A stretch of 64,000 bases of DNA. Source: Candidatus Marinacidobacterium sp. GTDB taxonomy: Bacteria > Acidobacteriota > Vicinamibacteria > Marinacidobacterales > Marinacidobacteraceae. The stretch covers positions 1,760,001 through 1,824,000 of the forward strand of contig OZ244852.1 in assembly GCA_965220965.1 (NCBI GenBank). Direction: 5' to 3'. Positions 1-10,787 of this stretch are shown piece by piece (position 1 is the first letter of the stretch; each line of letters opens with the position of its first letter). The notes under the pieces were generated by a model, which made no database searches, was not told the DNA's origin, and was given only the letters and a program-made list of their open reading frames with translations. The translations under genes were made by a program, and so were the position numbers.

Positions 1-1
1 C

Positions 2-1390
2 GAGGCGGCGTGCGAGGAGCACGGCATCCGGGGAGAAGTGGACCGGATTCAGCCGGGGCCGGTGGTGACGACCTTCGAGTTCCGCCTCGGGGAAGGCGAG
101 ACCGTGAACAAGCTGCGGAATCGCCACGAAGAGCTGTGCATGGCGCTGAAGGCGCCGGCGATCCGGGTCGAGCGGGTGCCCGGCAAGGGAGTCGTGGGGG
201 TCGAGGTCCCGAACCCGGCGCCCTCGGTCGTGGGGCTCCGGGAGATTCTCGAGTCTCGGGAGTTCACCGGGAACACCGGCGCGCTGCCGGTGGCGATCGG
301 CCGGCTGGTGGACGGCCAGCCGCTGGTGAAGAACCTCGCGGACATGCCGCACCTGCTGATCGCCGGCGCCACCGGCGCGGGCAAGTCGGTCCAGATCAAC
401 ACGCTTCTGGTGTCGCTGCTCTTCCGCCAGTCCCCCGACGATCTGCGGCTCATCCTGATCGACCCGAAACGGGTGGAGCTGCGGCCCTACCGGAACCTGC
501 CGCACCTCCTGACGCCGCTCATTCTGGAGCCCGACCAGGCGAAGACCGTCCTCCTGCGCGCCTGCCGCGAGCTCGACCGCCGGACGCGGATCCTCGAGGA
601 GCACGGGGTCCGCAACATCGAGGGCTACAACCAGCAGATCCGGCGACTCCGGGAGGAGGCCGGCAAGGGACGGCGGCGGCGCAGGAACGCGGTGGAGGGG
701 GATCCCATTCCGCCGCCGATGCCGCGGCTCGTCATCGTGGTGGACGAACTGGCCGACCTGTTCATCCAGGCCCGCGCCGAGGTCACCCCGGCGATCCAGC
801 GCCTCCTGAGCCTGGGCCGGGCCGAGGGCATCCATCTGGTGCTGGCCACCCAGCGCCCCTCCACCGACATCGTGAGCGGGACGCTCAAGGCGAACCTCCC
901 CACCCGGATCGCCTTCCGGGTCGCGAGCTACGTGGATTCGCGGACGATCCTGGACCGGATCGGCGCGGAGAACCTGCTGGGCAAGGGCGACATGCTCGTC
1001 ATGCAGGCCGGGGCGGTGATGCCGCGGGCGCAGGGCGCCTTCGTGGACGAGCGCGAAGTGGGCCGGCTCGCGAAGTACTGGGAGAAGGCCGGCGAGCCGG
1101 TCTTCGATGAAGAGATGCTGCGCGAGGAAGAGCCGGCCCCGGCGGCGGGCGCCCGTCGGGGCGCAGCCGCCGCAGTGGCCGCCGGGGGAGGCGGCGGGTT
1201 CCGGGACGGCATGCTGCCGGCCGCGAAGGAGATCGTGGTGCGCGAGCAGAAGGCCTCCACCTCGATGCTCCAGACCGAGCTCGGCCTCGGCTACCAGCGG
1301 GCGCGGCGGATCGTGGCCGAGCTGGAGCGGCAGGGCGTCGTGGGACCGGCGCGGGGGGCGACGCCCCGGGAGGTTCTGGTCCAGCCATGA
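2..1390 (+). CDS. ftsK: DNA translocase FtsK (5' end outside window)
   Basis: PHLLIAGATGAGKS Walker A, LILIDPK, VIVVDELADL Walker B, GIHLVLATQRPS, SRTILD..GAENLLGKGDM, C-terminal gamma domain (ASTSMLQ..LGLGYQRA). Frame is open to the window edge. Confidence 0.96.
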   Translation, partial: EAACEEHGIRGEVDRIQPGPVVTTFEFRLGEGETVNKLRNRHEELCMALKAPAIRVERVPGKGVVGVEVPNPAPSVVGLREILESREFTGNTGALPVAIGRLVDGQPLVKNLADMPHLLIAGATGAGKSVQINTLLVSLLFRQSPDDLRLILIDPKRVELRPYRNLPHLLTPLILEPDQAKTVLLRACRELDRRTRILEEHGVRNIEGYNQQIRRLREEAGKGRRRRRNAVEGDPIPPPMPRLVIVVDELADLFIQARAEVTPAIQRLLSLGRAEGIHLVLATQRPSTDIVSGTLKANLPTRIAFRVASYVDSRTILDRIGAENLLGKGDMLVMQAGAVMPRAQGAFVDEREVGRLAKYWEKAGEPVFDEEMLREEEPAPAAGARRGAAAAVAAGGGGGFRDGMLPAAKEIVVREQKASTSMLQTELGLGYQRARRIVAELERQGVVGPARGATPREVLVQP

Positions 1391-3126
1391 GACTGCGCCA
1401 GATCGCCCGGACGGTCGCCATCGGAGCGCTCGGATTCGCGCTGCTCGGCGCGCCGGCGGCGGCGCAGAGCGCCCGGCAGCTCTACGAGCGGGCGAGGGAG
1501 GCGGAGACCCGGCTCCGGGGCTCGCAGGAGCGGGCGAGCGACCCGGCGGCGTGGACCAGCGTGGGCCGCGCCTACCGCGCGGTGGTCCTCTCCTGGCCGC
1601 GCAGCGGCTACTGCGACGACGCGCTCTGGTACGCCGGGGGCGTCTACCGGGACGCCGCCGAGCGGTTCCAGGACCGTTCCTTCGCGGTGCGGGGGGTGGA
1701 CGCCTACCGGCTGCTGAGCCGGGGGTATCCGGCGAGCAAGTGGGTCCCGAAGGCGCTCTACCAGCAGGTCCGGCTATCCGCGGGGCGGCTCGGGGACCGG
1801 GCGGGCGCGGAGCGCGCGCTGGCGGAGCTGCGGCGGCGGGCGCCGCGCGGCCCCGAGGCGCGGATGGCGGCGGCGGTGCTGGCGCCCGCCGAACCGGAGG
1901 TGGTCGCGACGCCAGCGCGGGAGCGGGCGGCGGCGCCAGCGGTCATCCGGAACATCCGGCACTGGGTCGGGGAATCCCACACCCGGGTCGTCATCGACAT
2001 GAGCGGGCGCACCGGGTCGACCGAGGGGCGGCTCTCGAACCCGGAGCGGGTGTACTTCGACCTCCAGGGGGCCGAGCTGGCCGAAGACCTGGCGACGCGC
2101 GAATTCCCGATCGAGGGCTCGCACCTGCGGCGGATCCGGCTGGGCGCCCACGACGAGGGGGTCGTCCGCGTCGTGCTCGACTTCTCGAGCGTGCGGGAGG
2201 TGACCTCGTTCTGGCTGCCCGATCCCTACCGGCTGGTCGTGGACATCCACGGCGCTCCCCGGACGGTCGTGGCGGAAGCCGAGCCCCAACCCCCGGAGGT
2301 GTCCGATCCGGAGTCTTCGGACGAGGCGCCGGAGGCGGCCGCCCCGGCGGCCGACGAGCCGGCCGCGGCCCGGCCCACGACCTCCGGCTACTCGCTCGCC
2401 CGGCAACTGGGGCTCCGGGTGAAGAAGATCGTCGTGGACCCCGGTCACGGCGGGCAGGACCCGGGCACCCGGGCGGGCAGCCTGCTGGAGAAGGACATCA
2501 CGCTGGACATCGGAATGCGGGTCCGGAAGCTCCTCGAAGAGCGGGGTTTCGACGTCGTGATGACCCGGGAGACCGACGTGTTCATCCCCCTCGAGCAGCG
2601 GGCCTTCCTCGCGAACGACGCCGGCGCCGACCTGTTCGTCTCGATCCACGTGAACGCCGCCCGGAACCGCAGCGCTCGGGGGCTTGAGACCTTCTACCTG
2701 AACCTGGCCACCTCGCCCGAGGCGGCCGAGGTCGCGGCGCGGGAAAACGCGTCGAACCAGGAGATCCGGGTCAGCGAGCTGCAGGATCTCCTGCCGCGCA
2801 TCCTGAACCACGAGCGCAAGGAGGAGTCGCGGGCCTTCGCCGAGGCGATGCAGGGGGCGCTGACCGAGGAGATCCTCGGCCATGAGGAACACCCCCACAA
2901 CCGGGGCGTGAAGACCGCCGGCTTCCACGTGCTGCTCGGCGCCCGGATGGCCGCCATCCTGGTCGAGGCGGGGTTCGTCTCGAACCGCGAAGAGGCGCGG
3001 CTGCTCCGCCGCGACGACCACCGGGAGAAGCTGGCGGCGGCGATCGCCGAAGGGGTGGCCCGCTACGCCGGCGAGCTCGGCCAGGAGCCGACCGCCACCG
3101 CCGACCGGTCGTCACCCGGCGAGTAA
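1387..3126 (+). CDS. N-acetylmuramoyl-L-alanine amidase with TPR-like and AMIN domains
   Basis: Signal peptide; two AMIN-like repeats (TRVVID..L.NPERVYFD; VRVVLD..LPDPYRLVVD); Amidase_3 motifs VDPGHGG.DPG, EK..TL, SIHVNA, LVEAGFVSN; ATGA overlap with ftsK. Confidence 0.93.
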   Translation: MRLRQIARTVAIGALGFALLGAPAAAQSARQLYERAREAETRLRGSQERASDPAAWTSVGRAYRAVVLSWPRSGYCDDALWYAGGVYRDAAERFQDRSFAVRGVDAYRLLSRGYPASKWVPKALYQQVRLSAGRLGDRAGAERALAELRRRAPRGPEARMAAAVLAPAEPEVVATPARERAAAPAVIRNIRHWVGESHTRVVIDMSGRTGSTEGRLSNPERVYFDLQGAELAEDLATREFPIEGSHLRRIRLGAHDEGVVRVVLDFSSVREVTSFWLPDPYRLVVDIHGAPRTVVAEAEPQPPEVSDPESSDEAPEAAAPAADEPAAARPTTSGYSLARQLGLRVKKIVVDPGHGGQDPGTRAGSLLEKDITLDIGMRVRKLLEERGFDVVMTRETDVFIPLEQRAFLANDAGADLFVSIHVNAARNRSARGLETFYLNLATSPEAAEVAARENASNQEIRVSELQDLLPRILNHERKEESRAFAEAMQGALTEEILGHEEHPHNRGVKTAGFHVLLGARMAAILVEAGFVSNREEARLLRRDDHREKLAAAIAEGVARYAGELGQEPTATADRSSPGE

Positions 3127-3132
3127 ACCGCC

Positions 3133-3164
3133 CGACCCCCGGGGCCCGAAGGCCCCCGGGGTCG
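3133..3164. terminator. GC-rich hairpin between convergent genes
   Basis: cgacccccggggcc-cgaa-ggcccccggggtcg near-perfect inverted repeat; no U-tract. Confidence 0.55.
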
Positions 3165-3205
3165 TCGGTAAGCGGCGCGAAAGGCCGCTCAGAAGTAAAA
3201 CGGGC

Positions 3206-6157
3206 TCAGAAGGTGAAGCGGAGTCCCAACTGGAACTCGCGCGGCGGATAGGCGGCGCCCGGGATCAGGAAGGAGCCCGAGGTGATGATGTCGCTGCCCA
3301 TCTGGTTGAAGTTGACCCGGTTCAGGGCGTTGAAGATGTCTCCCAGCACGGTGACTTCGTAGCGGTCCCCCATCGCCACCGCGTAGCGGAAGCTGAGATC
3401 CAGCTTGGCGAAGTCGGGCTCGGTGAGGCCGTTGATCTTCCCGTCGAAGTCCACGCTCTGGGCGATGTCGGAGTCCCGGTTTGCGGAGTAGCTGCCGGCG
3501 GGGGCCACGACCCGGCTGTCGTTGTCGGTGCGGTCGTTCGTCTCGAGCGTGTCCCGGGTGCCGCTCAGGTAGCGGAAGATGCCGGTGACGTAGAGCCCGG
3601 CGCTGTCGGACCACGAGGTCCCCGGAACCAGCCAGCTCCACGAGGTCACGAAGTTGTGCTTGCGGTACCAGGGCGAGGGGCGGTCCACGTTCTGCGGGGC
3701 GTTCATGTTGAGGCTGAGGGGCGCCCCGATGAGCTGGCCGGTGTCGAAGTTGTAGCCGCTCTCGGTGTAGGACTGGAACCGCGCCCCCGGCACGCCCCCG
3801 GCGTTCACGTTCCCGCTCTGCGAGGCGAGCGTGTAGGACGCGGTGAAGCTCATCCGGCCGATCGGGCTCTCGCTCATCCGCCGCCGCAGCGACATCTGGA
3901 GGCTCGTGTAGTCGCTTTCGCCTGCGTTGATGTAGGTCCAGATCGACCCGAAGTCCCGCACCTCGCCGTTCAGGATGCTGATGTTCGGGCGCGTTCCGAG
4001 CGAGCGGGAGAACGGGTTCAGTTCGACGCCCACGTTGACGTTCCGGTTCCGGGTGTGGATCACGTCCACGCCGAACGAGGTCGCCTCCGCGATCTCGTGC
4101 TGCACTCCCAGACTCAGGGTGTCGGCGTAGGGCGTGGTGCGGTCGGGATGGGGGACCGTCGGCTGGCTGTTCACGCCGCCGGTGTCGCCGCTCTCGAGAT
4201 CCGCCGCGATGAAGCTGCGAAGCCCGTTCAGCGTCGTGATGTTGTTCGCGTGGACCATGTCGTAGAACAACTGCGGGTCGTTGCCGCCGCTGGGGACCCG
4301 GGTCGTGAACCCGAACGGAAGCAGGGCGGCGTCGAAGTAGAAGTCCTCGTAGAACCCGAGCTGGAACCGCTCGAAGAAGCGGCCGAACCCGCCGCGGACC
4401 GCGGTGCGGCCCTCACCCGAGACGTCCCAGTTGAACCCGATCCGGGGGCCGATATTGTCGTTGTCGTCGGTCAGGTCCTCCTTGTCCCAGCGGACTCCGA
4501 GGTTCAGCGTCAGGTTCGCGCTGGGCTGCCAGTCGTCCTGGAAGAACACCCCCCAGACGTTGTTCCTCGGGACCGAGGCGTTCTCCCCCGAGGAGCCTCC
4601 CACCCGGATCACGAAGAAGTTGGGATAGGTCGAGAGGTCCTCGCGGTTCCAGGGAGCGTCCTCCTCGAAGACGAACTGCCCGTTCGCGGTGGAGGAGTTG
4701 TTCCGCTCCACCGAACGGCGGGAGAACTGGAAGCCCATGCGGATGTTGTGGTTGCCGAACCAGTCGGGCACGAACAGCGAGAACGTGTCGTCGATCTGGT
4801 ACGACTGGTTGACGCGGTGGGAGGCCACCGTGCTGGCGCCCTCGAGCACCGTGTCGCGCGACTGCGAGACATCGAGCGCGCGCTGCGCCTCGAAGGTCTG
4901 CCCGTTGCCATTGAACCCGGGGTTCGCGAAGGCCACGTCCTCCTCGGTGAAGGAGACCCGCAGGTTGTTGAAGCCGCGGTCCCCGACCACGCTGTCGAGC
5001 GAACCGATGATGCTGGTGTCCCAGTCCTGCTCCTCCCGGGAGGCCTCGAGCGTCGTGTTGCCGCCGATGATCTGGTTGTACTGCGGGGAGTACTCCTGGA
5101 GCCCCCGGACCGCCGCCTTGTGGTCGTCGTTGATCTGGTAGTCCAGCTTGATCATCGTGTTGCGAAGCAGGTTGTCCTCGGTGGTGGAGAACGAGAGCTC
5201 CGGCCGGGTCTCGAAGGTGCGGGCGACGCCCTCCTGCGGCGTGAGCCGCTCGAAGCTGCCGAAGAAGTGGAACCGGTCGCGCACGATCGGGCCTCCGATC
5301 ACGCCGCCGATCGACTGGAACCGGATGTCCGGCTGGTCCTGGTCGTTCCGCTCGGTGAAGAAGTTCTTCGCGTTCAGCGAAGCGTCCTGGCGGTAGTAGA
5401 AGCCGGTCCCCTGAATCTGGTTCGTCCCGCTCTTCGTGACCGCGTTGATCACGCCGCCCTGGGTGCGGCCGAACTCGGCGTCGAACTGGGTCGTCAGGAT
5501 CTGGAACTCCTGGACCGCTTCGATCGCGGTCCGCGTCTGGGCGCCGGCGGAGCCGCCGATCACGTCGTCATCGTTGTTCGCCCCGTCCACGTTGAACGAG
5601 TTGTTGTTGTTGTCCTGACCGTTCACGAAGATCGAGTCGGCGGCGGTGGAGGCGGTGGCCACGTTCGGGATCACGCCCGGGATCAGGCCGGCGAAGTCGA
5701 TGAAGCTCCGCGACTGCGTCGGCAGCGTGTCCATCGTCTCGGTCGTGACCGTGGACCCGATCTCCTTGGAGCTCACGTCCACCACCGGCGCCTCGGCGGT
5801 CACGACGACGGTCTCCTCGATGCCGCCCAGCTCCATCGTGATGTTGAGCGCCGCCTCCTGGCCGACGAGAAGCTGGATTCCGTCGCGGCGCGCCGTCCGG
5901 AACGAGGACAGGCTGAAGACGACGTCGTAGGGGCCGGGCTGCAGCCCGTTCAGGATGTAGCGGCCAGTGCCCGAAGTCGTCACCGAGCGGACGGCGCCGG
6001 TGTCGGCGTTCGTCGCCGTCACGGTGACGCCCGGCAGGGCCAGCCCGCCCGAGTCGACGACCGTGCCGCCGAGGCTCGCGCGGGCGAACTGCGCGGACGC
6101 CGACGCCGCCATCCCGAGCGTCGCCAGCCCCGCGATCAGAAGGGTCCGGATAAACAT
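3206..6157 (-). CDS. Oar-like TonB-dependent receptor with carboxypeptidase-regulatory N-domain
   Basis: Signal peptide MFIRTLL..ASA; GTVVDSGG.ALPGVTVT; EAVQEFQI.T..FDAEFGR..GGVINAVTKSGTN; FFQDDW..LTLNLGVRWD; C-terminal FQLGLRFTF. Start set at ATG 6157 (GGGAG upstream). Confidence 0.93.
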   Translation of the reverse strand: MFIRTLLIAGLATLGMAASASAQFARASLGGTVVDSGGLALPGVTVTATNADTGAVRSVTTSGTGRYILNGLQPGPYDVVFSLSSFRTARRDGIQLLVGQEAALNITMELGGIEETVVVTAEAPVVDVSSKEIGSTVTTETMDTLPTQSRSFIDFAGLIPGVIPNVATASTAADSIFVNGQDNNNNSFNVDGANNDDDVIGGSAGAQTRTAIEAVQEFQILTTQFDAEFGRTQGGVINAVTKSGTNQIQGTGFYYRQDASLNAKNFFTERNDQDQPDIRFQSIGGVIGGPIVRDRFHFFGSFERLTPQEGVARTFETRPELSFSTTEDNLLRNTMIKLDYQINDDHKAAVRGLQEYSPQYNQIIGGNTTLEASREEQDWDTSIIGSLDSVVGDRGFNNLRVSFTEEDVAFANPGFNGNGQTFEAQRALDVSQSRDTVLEGASTVASHRVNQSYQIDDTFSLFVPDWFGNHNIRMGFQFSRRSVERNNSSTANGQFVFEEDAPWNREDLSTYPNFFVIRVGGSSGENASVPRNNVWGVFFQDDWQPSANLTLNLGVRWDKEDLTDDNDNIGPRIGFNWDVSGEGRTAVRGGFGRFFERFQLGFYEDFYFDAALLPFGFTTRVPSGGNDPQLFYDMVHANNITTLNGLRSFIAADLESGDTGGVNSQPTVPHPDRTTPYADTLSLGVQHEIAEATSFGVDVIHTRNRNVNVGVELNPFSRSLGTRPNISILNGEVRDFGSIWTYINAGESDYTSLQMSLRRRMSESPIGRMSFTASYTLASQSGNVNAGGVPGARFQSYTESGYNFDTGQLIGAPLSLNMNAPQNVDRPSPWYRKHNFVTSWSWLVPGTSWSDSAGLYVTGIFRYLSGTRDTLETNDRTDNDSRVVAPAGSYSANRDSDIAQSVDFDGKINGLTEPDFAKLDLSFRYAVAMGDRYEVTVLGDIFNALNRVNFNQMGSDIITSGSFLIPGAAYPPREFQLGLRFTF

Positions 6158-6281
6158 GCGATCTCTCCCTGATATTGAGGGCCCACCCGCGCTTCGGCGG
6201 AGTGAACCGGGTTCCCACGAAACGGCCCCTAAGCTAACAAACTCCCCGCGAACCGACCCGAGGGAGATCCGGGCCCACCCG

Positions 6282-6354
<73 letters not shown>

Positions 6355-6413
6355 TGCGCTCCGGATCAGACGTTGCGCGACCCGGAAGTTTGGCACATCA
6401 GGCGATCATCCGA

Positions 6414-7454
6414 TCACTCCGCTTCGTCTTCCTCATCCGCGCCGGAAATGCCGAGCGCCTTCCGCACCCGGGCCTCGATCCCGGCGGCGAGCGGCTCGTC
6501 CGCGAGCAGGGTCTGGCGGGTCTTCTCGCGGCCCTGGCCGATCTGCTCGCCGTCGCAGGAGTACCACGCGCCGCTCTTCTCGATGATCCGGTGCTTCACC
6601 GCCAGATCGATCAGATCGCCCATCCGGGAGATCCCCTCGCCGTAGCGGACATCGAACTCCGACTGGCGGAACGGGGGCGCCACCTTGTTCTTCACGATCT
6701 TGACCCGGGTCCGGTTGCCCACCACCGCGTCACCTTCCTTCAGCGCGCCGATCCGCCGGATGTCCACACGCACCGAGGAGTAGAACTTGAGCGCCCGGCC
6801 TCCGGTGGTGGTCTCGGGGTTGCCGAACATGACGCCGATCTTCTCGCGCAACTGGTTGATGAAGACGAGGCAGGTCTCCGACTTGGAGACGATGCCGGTG
6901 AGTTTCCGGAGCGCCTTCGACATGAGCCGCGCCTGAAGCCCGACCTGGGCGTCGCCCATCTCGCCGTCGAGCTCGGCCCGCGGGACGAGGGCGGCGACCG
7001 AGTCCACGACCACGATGTCCACCGAGCCGCTCCGGACGAGGGTCTCGGTGATCTCGAGCGCCTGCTCGCCGTCGTCGGGCTGCGAGACGAGAAGCTCCTC
7101 GGTGTCCACGCCGAGCGCCCGCGAGTACTCCGGGTCGAGGGCGTGTTCGGCGTCCACGAAGGCGGCGACCCCGCCTCCGGCCTGCGCCTGGGCCACCACG
7201 TGGAGCGCGAGCGTCGTCTTCCCGGAGGACTCCGGACCGAAGACCTCGACGACGCGGCCGCGGGGGAAGCCGCCGACTCCGAGGGCGGCGTCCACCGAGA
7301 GCACCCCGGTGGGGATCGCCGACACGTTCAGCGCCGACGAGCCGAGTTTCATGATCGCGCCCCGGCCATGGTTCTTCTCGATCTGGCCGAGGGCGATCTC
7401 GAGGGCGCGGGCGCGGTGGTCCGGGCTGCGGTCGGTGCGGGGCTTTACGGGCAT
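6414..7454 (-). CDS. recA: Recombinase RecA
   Basis: [79 protein letters not shown]; ATG 7454 with AGGAG SD. Confidence 0.99.
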   Translation of the reverse strand: MPVKPRTDRSPDHRARALEIALGQIEKNHGRGAIMKLGSSALNVSAIPTGVLSVDAALGVGGFPRGRVVEVFGPESSGKTTLALHVVAQAQAGGGVAAFVDAEHALDPEYSRALGVDTEELLVSQPDDGEQALEITETLVRSGSVDIVVVDSVAALVPRAELDGEMGDAQVGLQARLMSKALRKLTGIVSKSETCLVFINQLREKIGVMFGNPETTTGGRALKFYSSVRVDIRRIGALKEGDAVVGNRTRVKIVKNKVAPPFRQSEFDVRYGEGISRMGDLIDLAVKHRIIEKSGAWYSCDGEQIGQGREKTRQTLLADEPLAAGIEARVRKALGISGADEEDEAE

Positions 7455-7602
7455 GGCGGGGAACTCCTGGGAGAAGGGGCCGCGAGGGATTCGGGCGCTT
7501 TCTCCCGGTAAGGACGGATTTCCGGAGGAAACGAACCACCGGACCTCTCCGCGCAGCGCACTTTGCGGAAAACTCCGGTTTCGGACGGGTGGAAGGAGAC
7601 GG

Positions 7603-8469
7603 TCAGGAGGCGGAGTAGTCGAAGAAGCCGCGGCCGGTCTTGCGGCCGAGCCGGCCGGCGTCCACCAGCCGGACGAGGAGCGGGCACGGACGGTAGCGAG
7701 GATCGCCGTAGCCCTCCTGGAGCACGCGCAGGATGTCCACCACGACATCGAGGCCGATCAGGTCGGCGAGCGCCAGCGGGCCCATGGGATGGCGCATCCC
7801 GAGCTGCATGATCCGGTCGATGTCCTCCGCGGTCCCGACGCCCTCCATGAGCGCGCCGGCGGCCTCGTTGATCATCGGGATCAGCACCCGGTTCGCCACG
7901 AAGCCGGGCGCGTCGTTCACCGCGCAGGGCGTCTTCCCGAGGCGCCGGGCGAGGTCCATCGTGGCCTCGAAGGTTTCATCCGAGGTGTCGAGGCCCCGGA
8001 TCACCTCGACCAGCTTCATGACCGGGACCGGGTTCATGAAGTGCATCCCGATGAAGCGGTCGGACCGGCCGGAGGCCGCCCCGAGGCGGGTGATCGATAT
8101 CGAGGAGGTGTTCGAGGCGAGGATCGCCGCCTCCGGCAGGCGGGGGGAAAGGTCGGCGTAGAGGGCGCGCTTGGCCGCCTCGTCCTCGACGATCGCCTCG
8201 ACGGCGAAGCCGGCGTCGGCGGCGGGCGCGAGGTCGGTCCCCGGCTGGATCCGGGCGAGCGCGGCCCCGGCGGCCGCTTCGTCGAGAACGCCCTTCTTCA
8301 CCTGGCGCCGGAGGTTCGTCCCGATGACCTTCATCCCTCGGGCGAGAAAGTCCTCGGAGAGGTCCACCAGCCGCACGTCGAAGCCGGAGGCGGCGAAGGC
8401 GTGGGCGATCCCGTTGCCCATCGTCCCGGCGCCGACGACGAGAACCGGCGGCCGGTCGGTGTCGCTCAT
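7603..8469 (-). CDS. hbd: 3-hydroxybutyryl-CoA dehydrogenase
   Basis: [71 protein letters not shown]. Confidence 0.93.
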   Translation of the reverse strand: MSDTDRPPVLVVGAGTMGNGIAHAFAASGFDVRLVDLSEDFLARGMKVIGTNLRRQVKKGVLDEAAAGAALARIQPGTDLAPAADAGFAVEAIVEDEAAKRALYADLSPRLPEAAILASNTSSISITRLGAASGRSDRFIGMHFMNPVPVMKLVEVIRGLDTSDETFEATMDLARRLGKTPCAVNDAPGFVANRVLIPMINEAAGALMEGVGTAEDIDRIMQLGMRHPMGPLALADLIGLDVVVDILRVLQEGYGDPRYRPCPLLVRLVDAGRLGRKTGRGFFDYSAS

Positions 8470-9662
8470 GGTCCGGGGGATTCTCCCGCTTCCAGCGCGA
8501 GCGCGACGCCGTTTCCGCCGCCGAGGCAGAGGCTCGCGACGCCCCGGGCGATTCCCTCCCGGCGCATCGTGTGGACGAGGGTGACGAGCACCCGCGCCCC
8601 GCTCGCCCCGATCGGGTGGCCGAGAGCGACGGCGCCCCCGTTCGGGTTCACCCGGCCGGCGTCGAGGCCGAGCTCGCGGCGGACGGCGACCGCCTGCCCG
8701 GCGAAGGCCTCGTTCAACTCGAAACACCCCACCGAGGCGGCGCTCCATTCCAGCCGGTCGAGCAGCGCCCCGACCGCAGGGACCGGCGTCATCATGACCC
8801 ACTCGGGCTCGAGGCCGGAGACCGCCTGGCCCACCACCCGGGCGAGGCGGGGAAGGCGGTGGCGCCGCGCCGCCGCGTCGGACGCCACGACGAGCGCGGC
8901 GGCGCCGTCGCTGATCGAGGAGGCGTTTCCCGCCGTCACCCGGCCGTCCCGGCGAAACGCCGGGCGAAGTCCGGCGAGCGAGGTCTCCGAGGCGTCCGGA
9001 CGGATCGACTCGTCGCGCGCGACCGTTTCCGTCCCCCGGCGGGAGGCGACCTCCACCGGGAAGAGCTCGGCGTCGAAGCGCCCTTCGGCGGCGGCCGCGG
9101 CGGCGCGGCGATGGCTCTCGGCGGCGGCGGCGTCCATCTCCTCCCGGCTGACGGAGTACCGGTCGGCGACCCGCTCGGCGGTCTCGCCCATGTGGATGTC
9201 GTGGTAGGCGTCGGTGAGCCCGTCGCGGAGCATGGAATCGATCAGCGGAGCGTCGCCCATCCGCCTTCCGGTCCGAAGGCCCGGGACCAGGTGGACGGCG
9301 TTCGACATGGACTCCATGCCCCCGGCGACGACCACCTCGGCGTCGCCCGCGAGGATCGCCTGACGGGCGAGCATGACCGCCTTGAGGCCGGAGCCGCAGA
9401 CCTTGTTCACGGTGAAGGCGCCGACCCCGGACGGCAGCCCGGCGCCGAGCGCCGCCTGACGGGCGGGGTTCTGCCCCAGGCCGGCGCTCAGCACGTTCCC
9501 TAGGATGACCTCGTCCACCGCGCCCGGGTCGATTCCGGCGCGGGCCACCGCCTCCCGGACCGCGAGCGCGCCCAGCCGGGGCGCGGAGAGCGAAGACAGG
9601 CCCCCGAGATACCTGCCGATGGGCGTCCGGGCGGCGGCGGCGATCCAGACGGGAGGCGTCAT
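8466..9662 (-). CDS. Acetyl-CoA acetyltransferase (thiolase)
   Basis: [62 protein letters not shown]; overlaps hbd start. Confidence 0.95.
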   Translation of the reverse strand: MTPPVWIAAAARTPIGRYLGGLSSLSAPRLGALAVREAVARAGIDPGAVDEVILGNVLSAGLGQNPARQAALGAGLPSGVGAFTVNKVCGSGLKAVMLARQAILAGDAEVVVAGGMESMSNAVHLVPGLRTGRRMGDAPLIDSMLRDGLTDAYHDIHMGETAERVADRYSVSREEMDAAAAESHRRAAAAAAEGRFDAELFPVEVASRRGTETVARDESIRPDASETSLAGLRPAFRRDGRVTAGNASSISDGAAALVVASDAAARRHRLPRLARVVGQAVSGLEPEWVMMTPVPAVGALLDRLEWSAASVGCFELNEAFAGQAVAVRRELGLDAGRVNPNGGAVALGHPIGASGARVLVTLVHTMRREGIARGVASLCLGGGNGVALALEAGESPGP

Positions 9663-9985
9663 GCGGGGGGCTTCGCTTCGCGCAGCCCGAAGACCACCGG
9701 GTTCACGACCGGGCGGATCCTGAGGACGGCCCGGGGGAGGCGGGCGGCGTTCAGCAGCTCGGTCCGGATTGTTGCGCGGCGCCGCCAGACGAGGCTCGCG
9801 GCCTCGTCGTCGCGGACGAGGATCGTCAGCGTCTCGCCGTCGAGCGAGCCCGGGCAGGCCACGCCCCGAACATCCTCGGGAACGACGGCCCACGCGTCCA
9901 GAAGCGTCGGCAGATCGAGCAGACGCCGCTGGAGGGCCCGAGGCAGGATGTCGTTGAGAGCATCGGCGATGCGGGTCGGAGGCAC
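9659..9985 (-). CDS. DciA/DUF721-like small protein
   Basis: 108 aa from GTG with GGGAG SD; pattern P..I...L..IL...W..V...V...A.P..L....LTILV resembles DUF721/DciA; 4-nt overlap with thiolase start. Confidence 0.55.
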   Translation of the reverse strand: MPPTRIADALNDILPRALQRRLLDLPTLLDAWAVVPEDVRGVACPGSLDGETLTILVRDDEAASLVWRRRATIRTELLNAARLPRAVLRIRPVVNPVVFGLREAKPPA

Positions 9986-10112
9986 GGCGGACTCCCGGGA
10001 CGGTACGCCAGCGCAAACGGGAGCTCGGCGCGACCCGGCGGCGGACCCCGCGCGCGGCGCCCCGGCTGGTATAGTCGCCAGCGTTCCACCAAACTGCTCC
10101 GGAGGGACGCCC

Positions 10113-10787
10113 ATGGCGAACACGAGGAATGCGAAAACGCCGCCCCCCGAGGAGGCGGCGGCCCTGAAGAAGGGTCCGGACCCGGAGAACGGCAGCGGTT
10201 TTTCGCGCCGCCAGTTCCTGCAGGGGAGCGCGGCGGCGGGAGCGGCCTCGGCCGGCCTGCTTCCCGGCTTCCTCGGGGAAGCCGAGGCGCAGGGCGAGCC
10301 CGGAGTCGCCGGGCCGGGCCCGGTCGATATGGCGTTTTCCGTCAACGGGAAGGCGTATGTCGCGACGCTCGAGCCCCGGGTGACGCTGCTCGACGCGCTC
10401 CGGAACCACCTGGACCTGACCGGCGCCAAGAAGGTTTGCGACCGCGGCACGTGCGGGGCCTGCACCGTGCTCCTCGATGGAGAGGCGGCCTACGCGTGCT
10501 CCGTGCTCGCGATCGAGGCCCAGGGCCAGGAAATCACGACCGTTGAGGGTCTGGGCTCGCCCGACAGCATGCATCCGCTGCAGCAGGCGTTCGTGGACCA
10601 CGACGCACAGCAGTGCGGCTTCTGCACCCCGGGATTCGTGGTGGCGAGCGCGGCGCTCCTCGCGCGCCATCCGAACCCCGACCAGGACACCGTCCACAAG
10701 GAGCTCGGCGGCAACCTGTGCCGCTGCGGCACCTACGCCGGCGTCCGGGCGGCGGTGGCGCAGGCCGGAGGAGGCAACCATGCCTGA
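10113..10787 (+). CDS. Tat-exported 2x[2Fe-2S] subunit of a xanthine dehydrogenase/aldehyde oxidoreductase family enzyme (PaoA/YagT-like)
   Basis: SRRQFLQ twin-arginine motif; C-DRGT-C-GA-C; QCGFCTPG; GNLCRCG. Confidence 0.93.
   Translation: MANTRNAKTPPPEEAAALKKGPDPENGSGFSRRQFLQGSAAAGAASAGLLPGFLGEAEAQGEPGVAGPGPVDMAFSVNGKAYVATLEPRVTLLDALRNHLDLTGAKKVCDRGTCGACTVLLDGEAAYACSVLAIEAQGQEITTVEGLGSPDSMHPLQQAFVDHDAQQCGFCTPGFVVASAALLARHPNPDQDTVHKELGGNLCRCGTYAGVRAAVAQAGGGNHA

Noticed and set aside
7455-7600. LexA/SOS box upstream of recA
   Set aside because: No GTTC-N7-GTTC, CTGT-N8-ACAG or GAAC-N4-GTTC match found by eye
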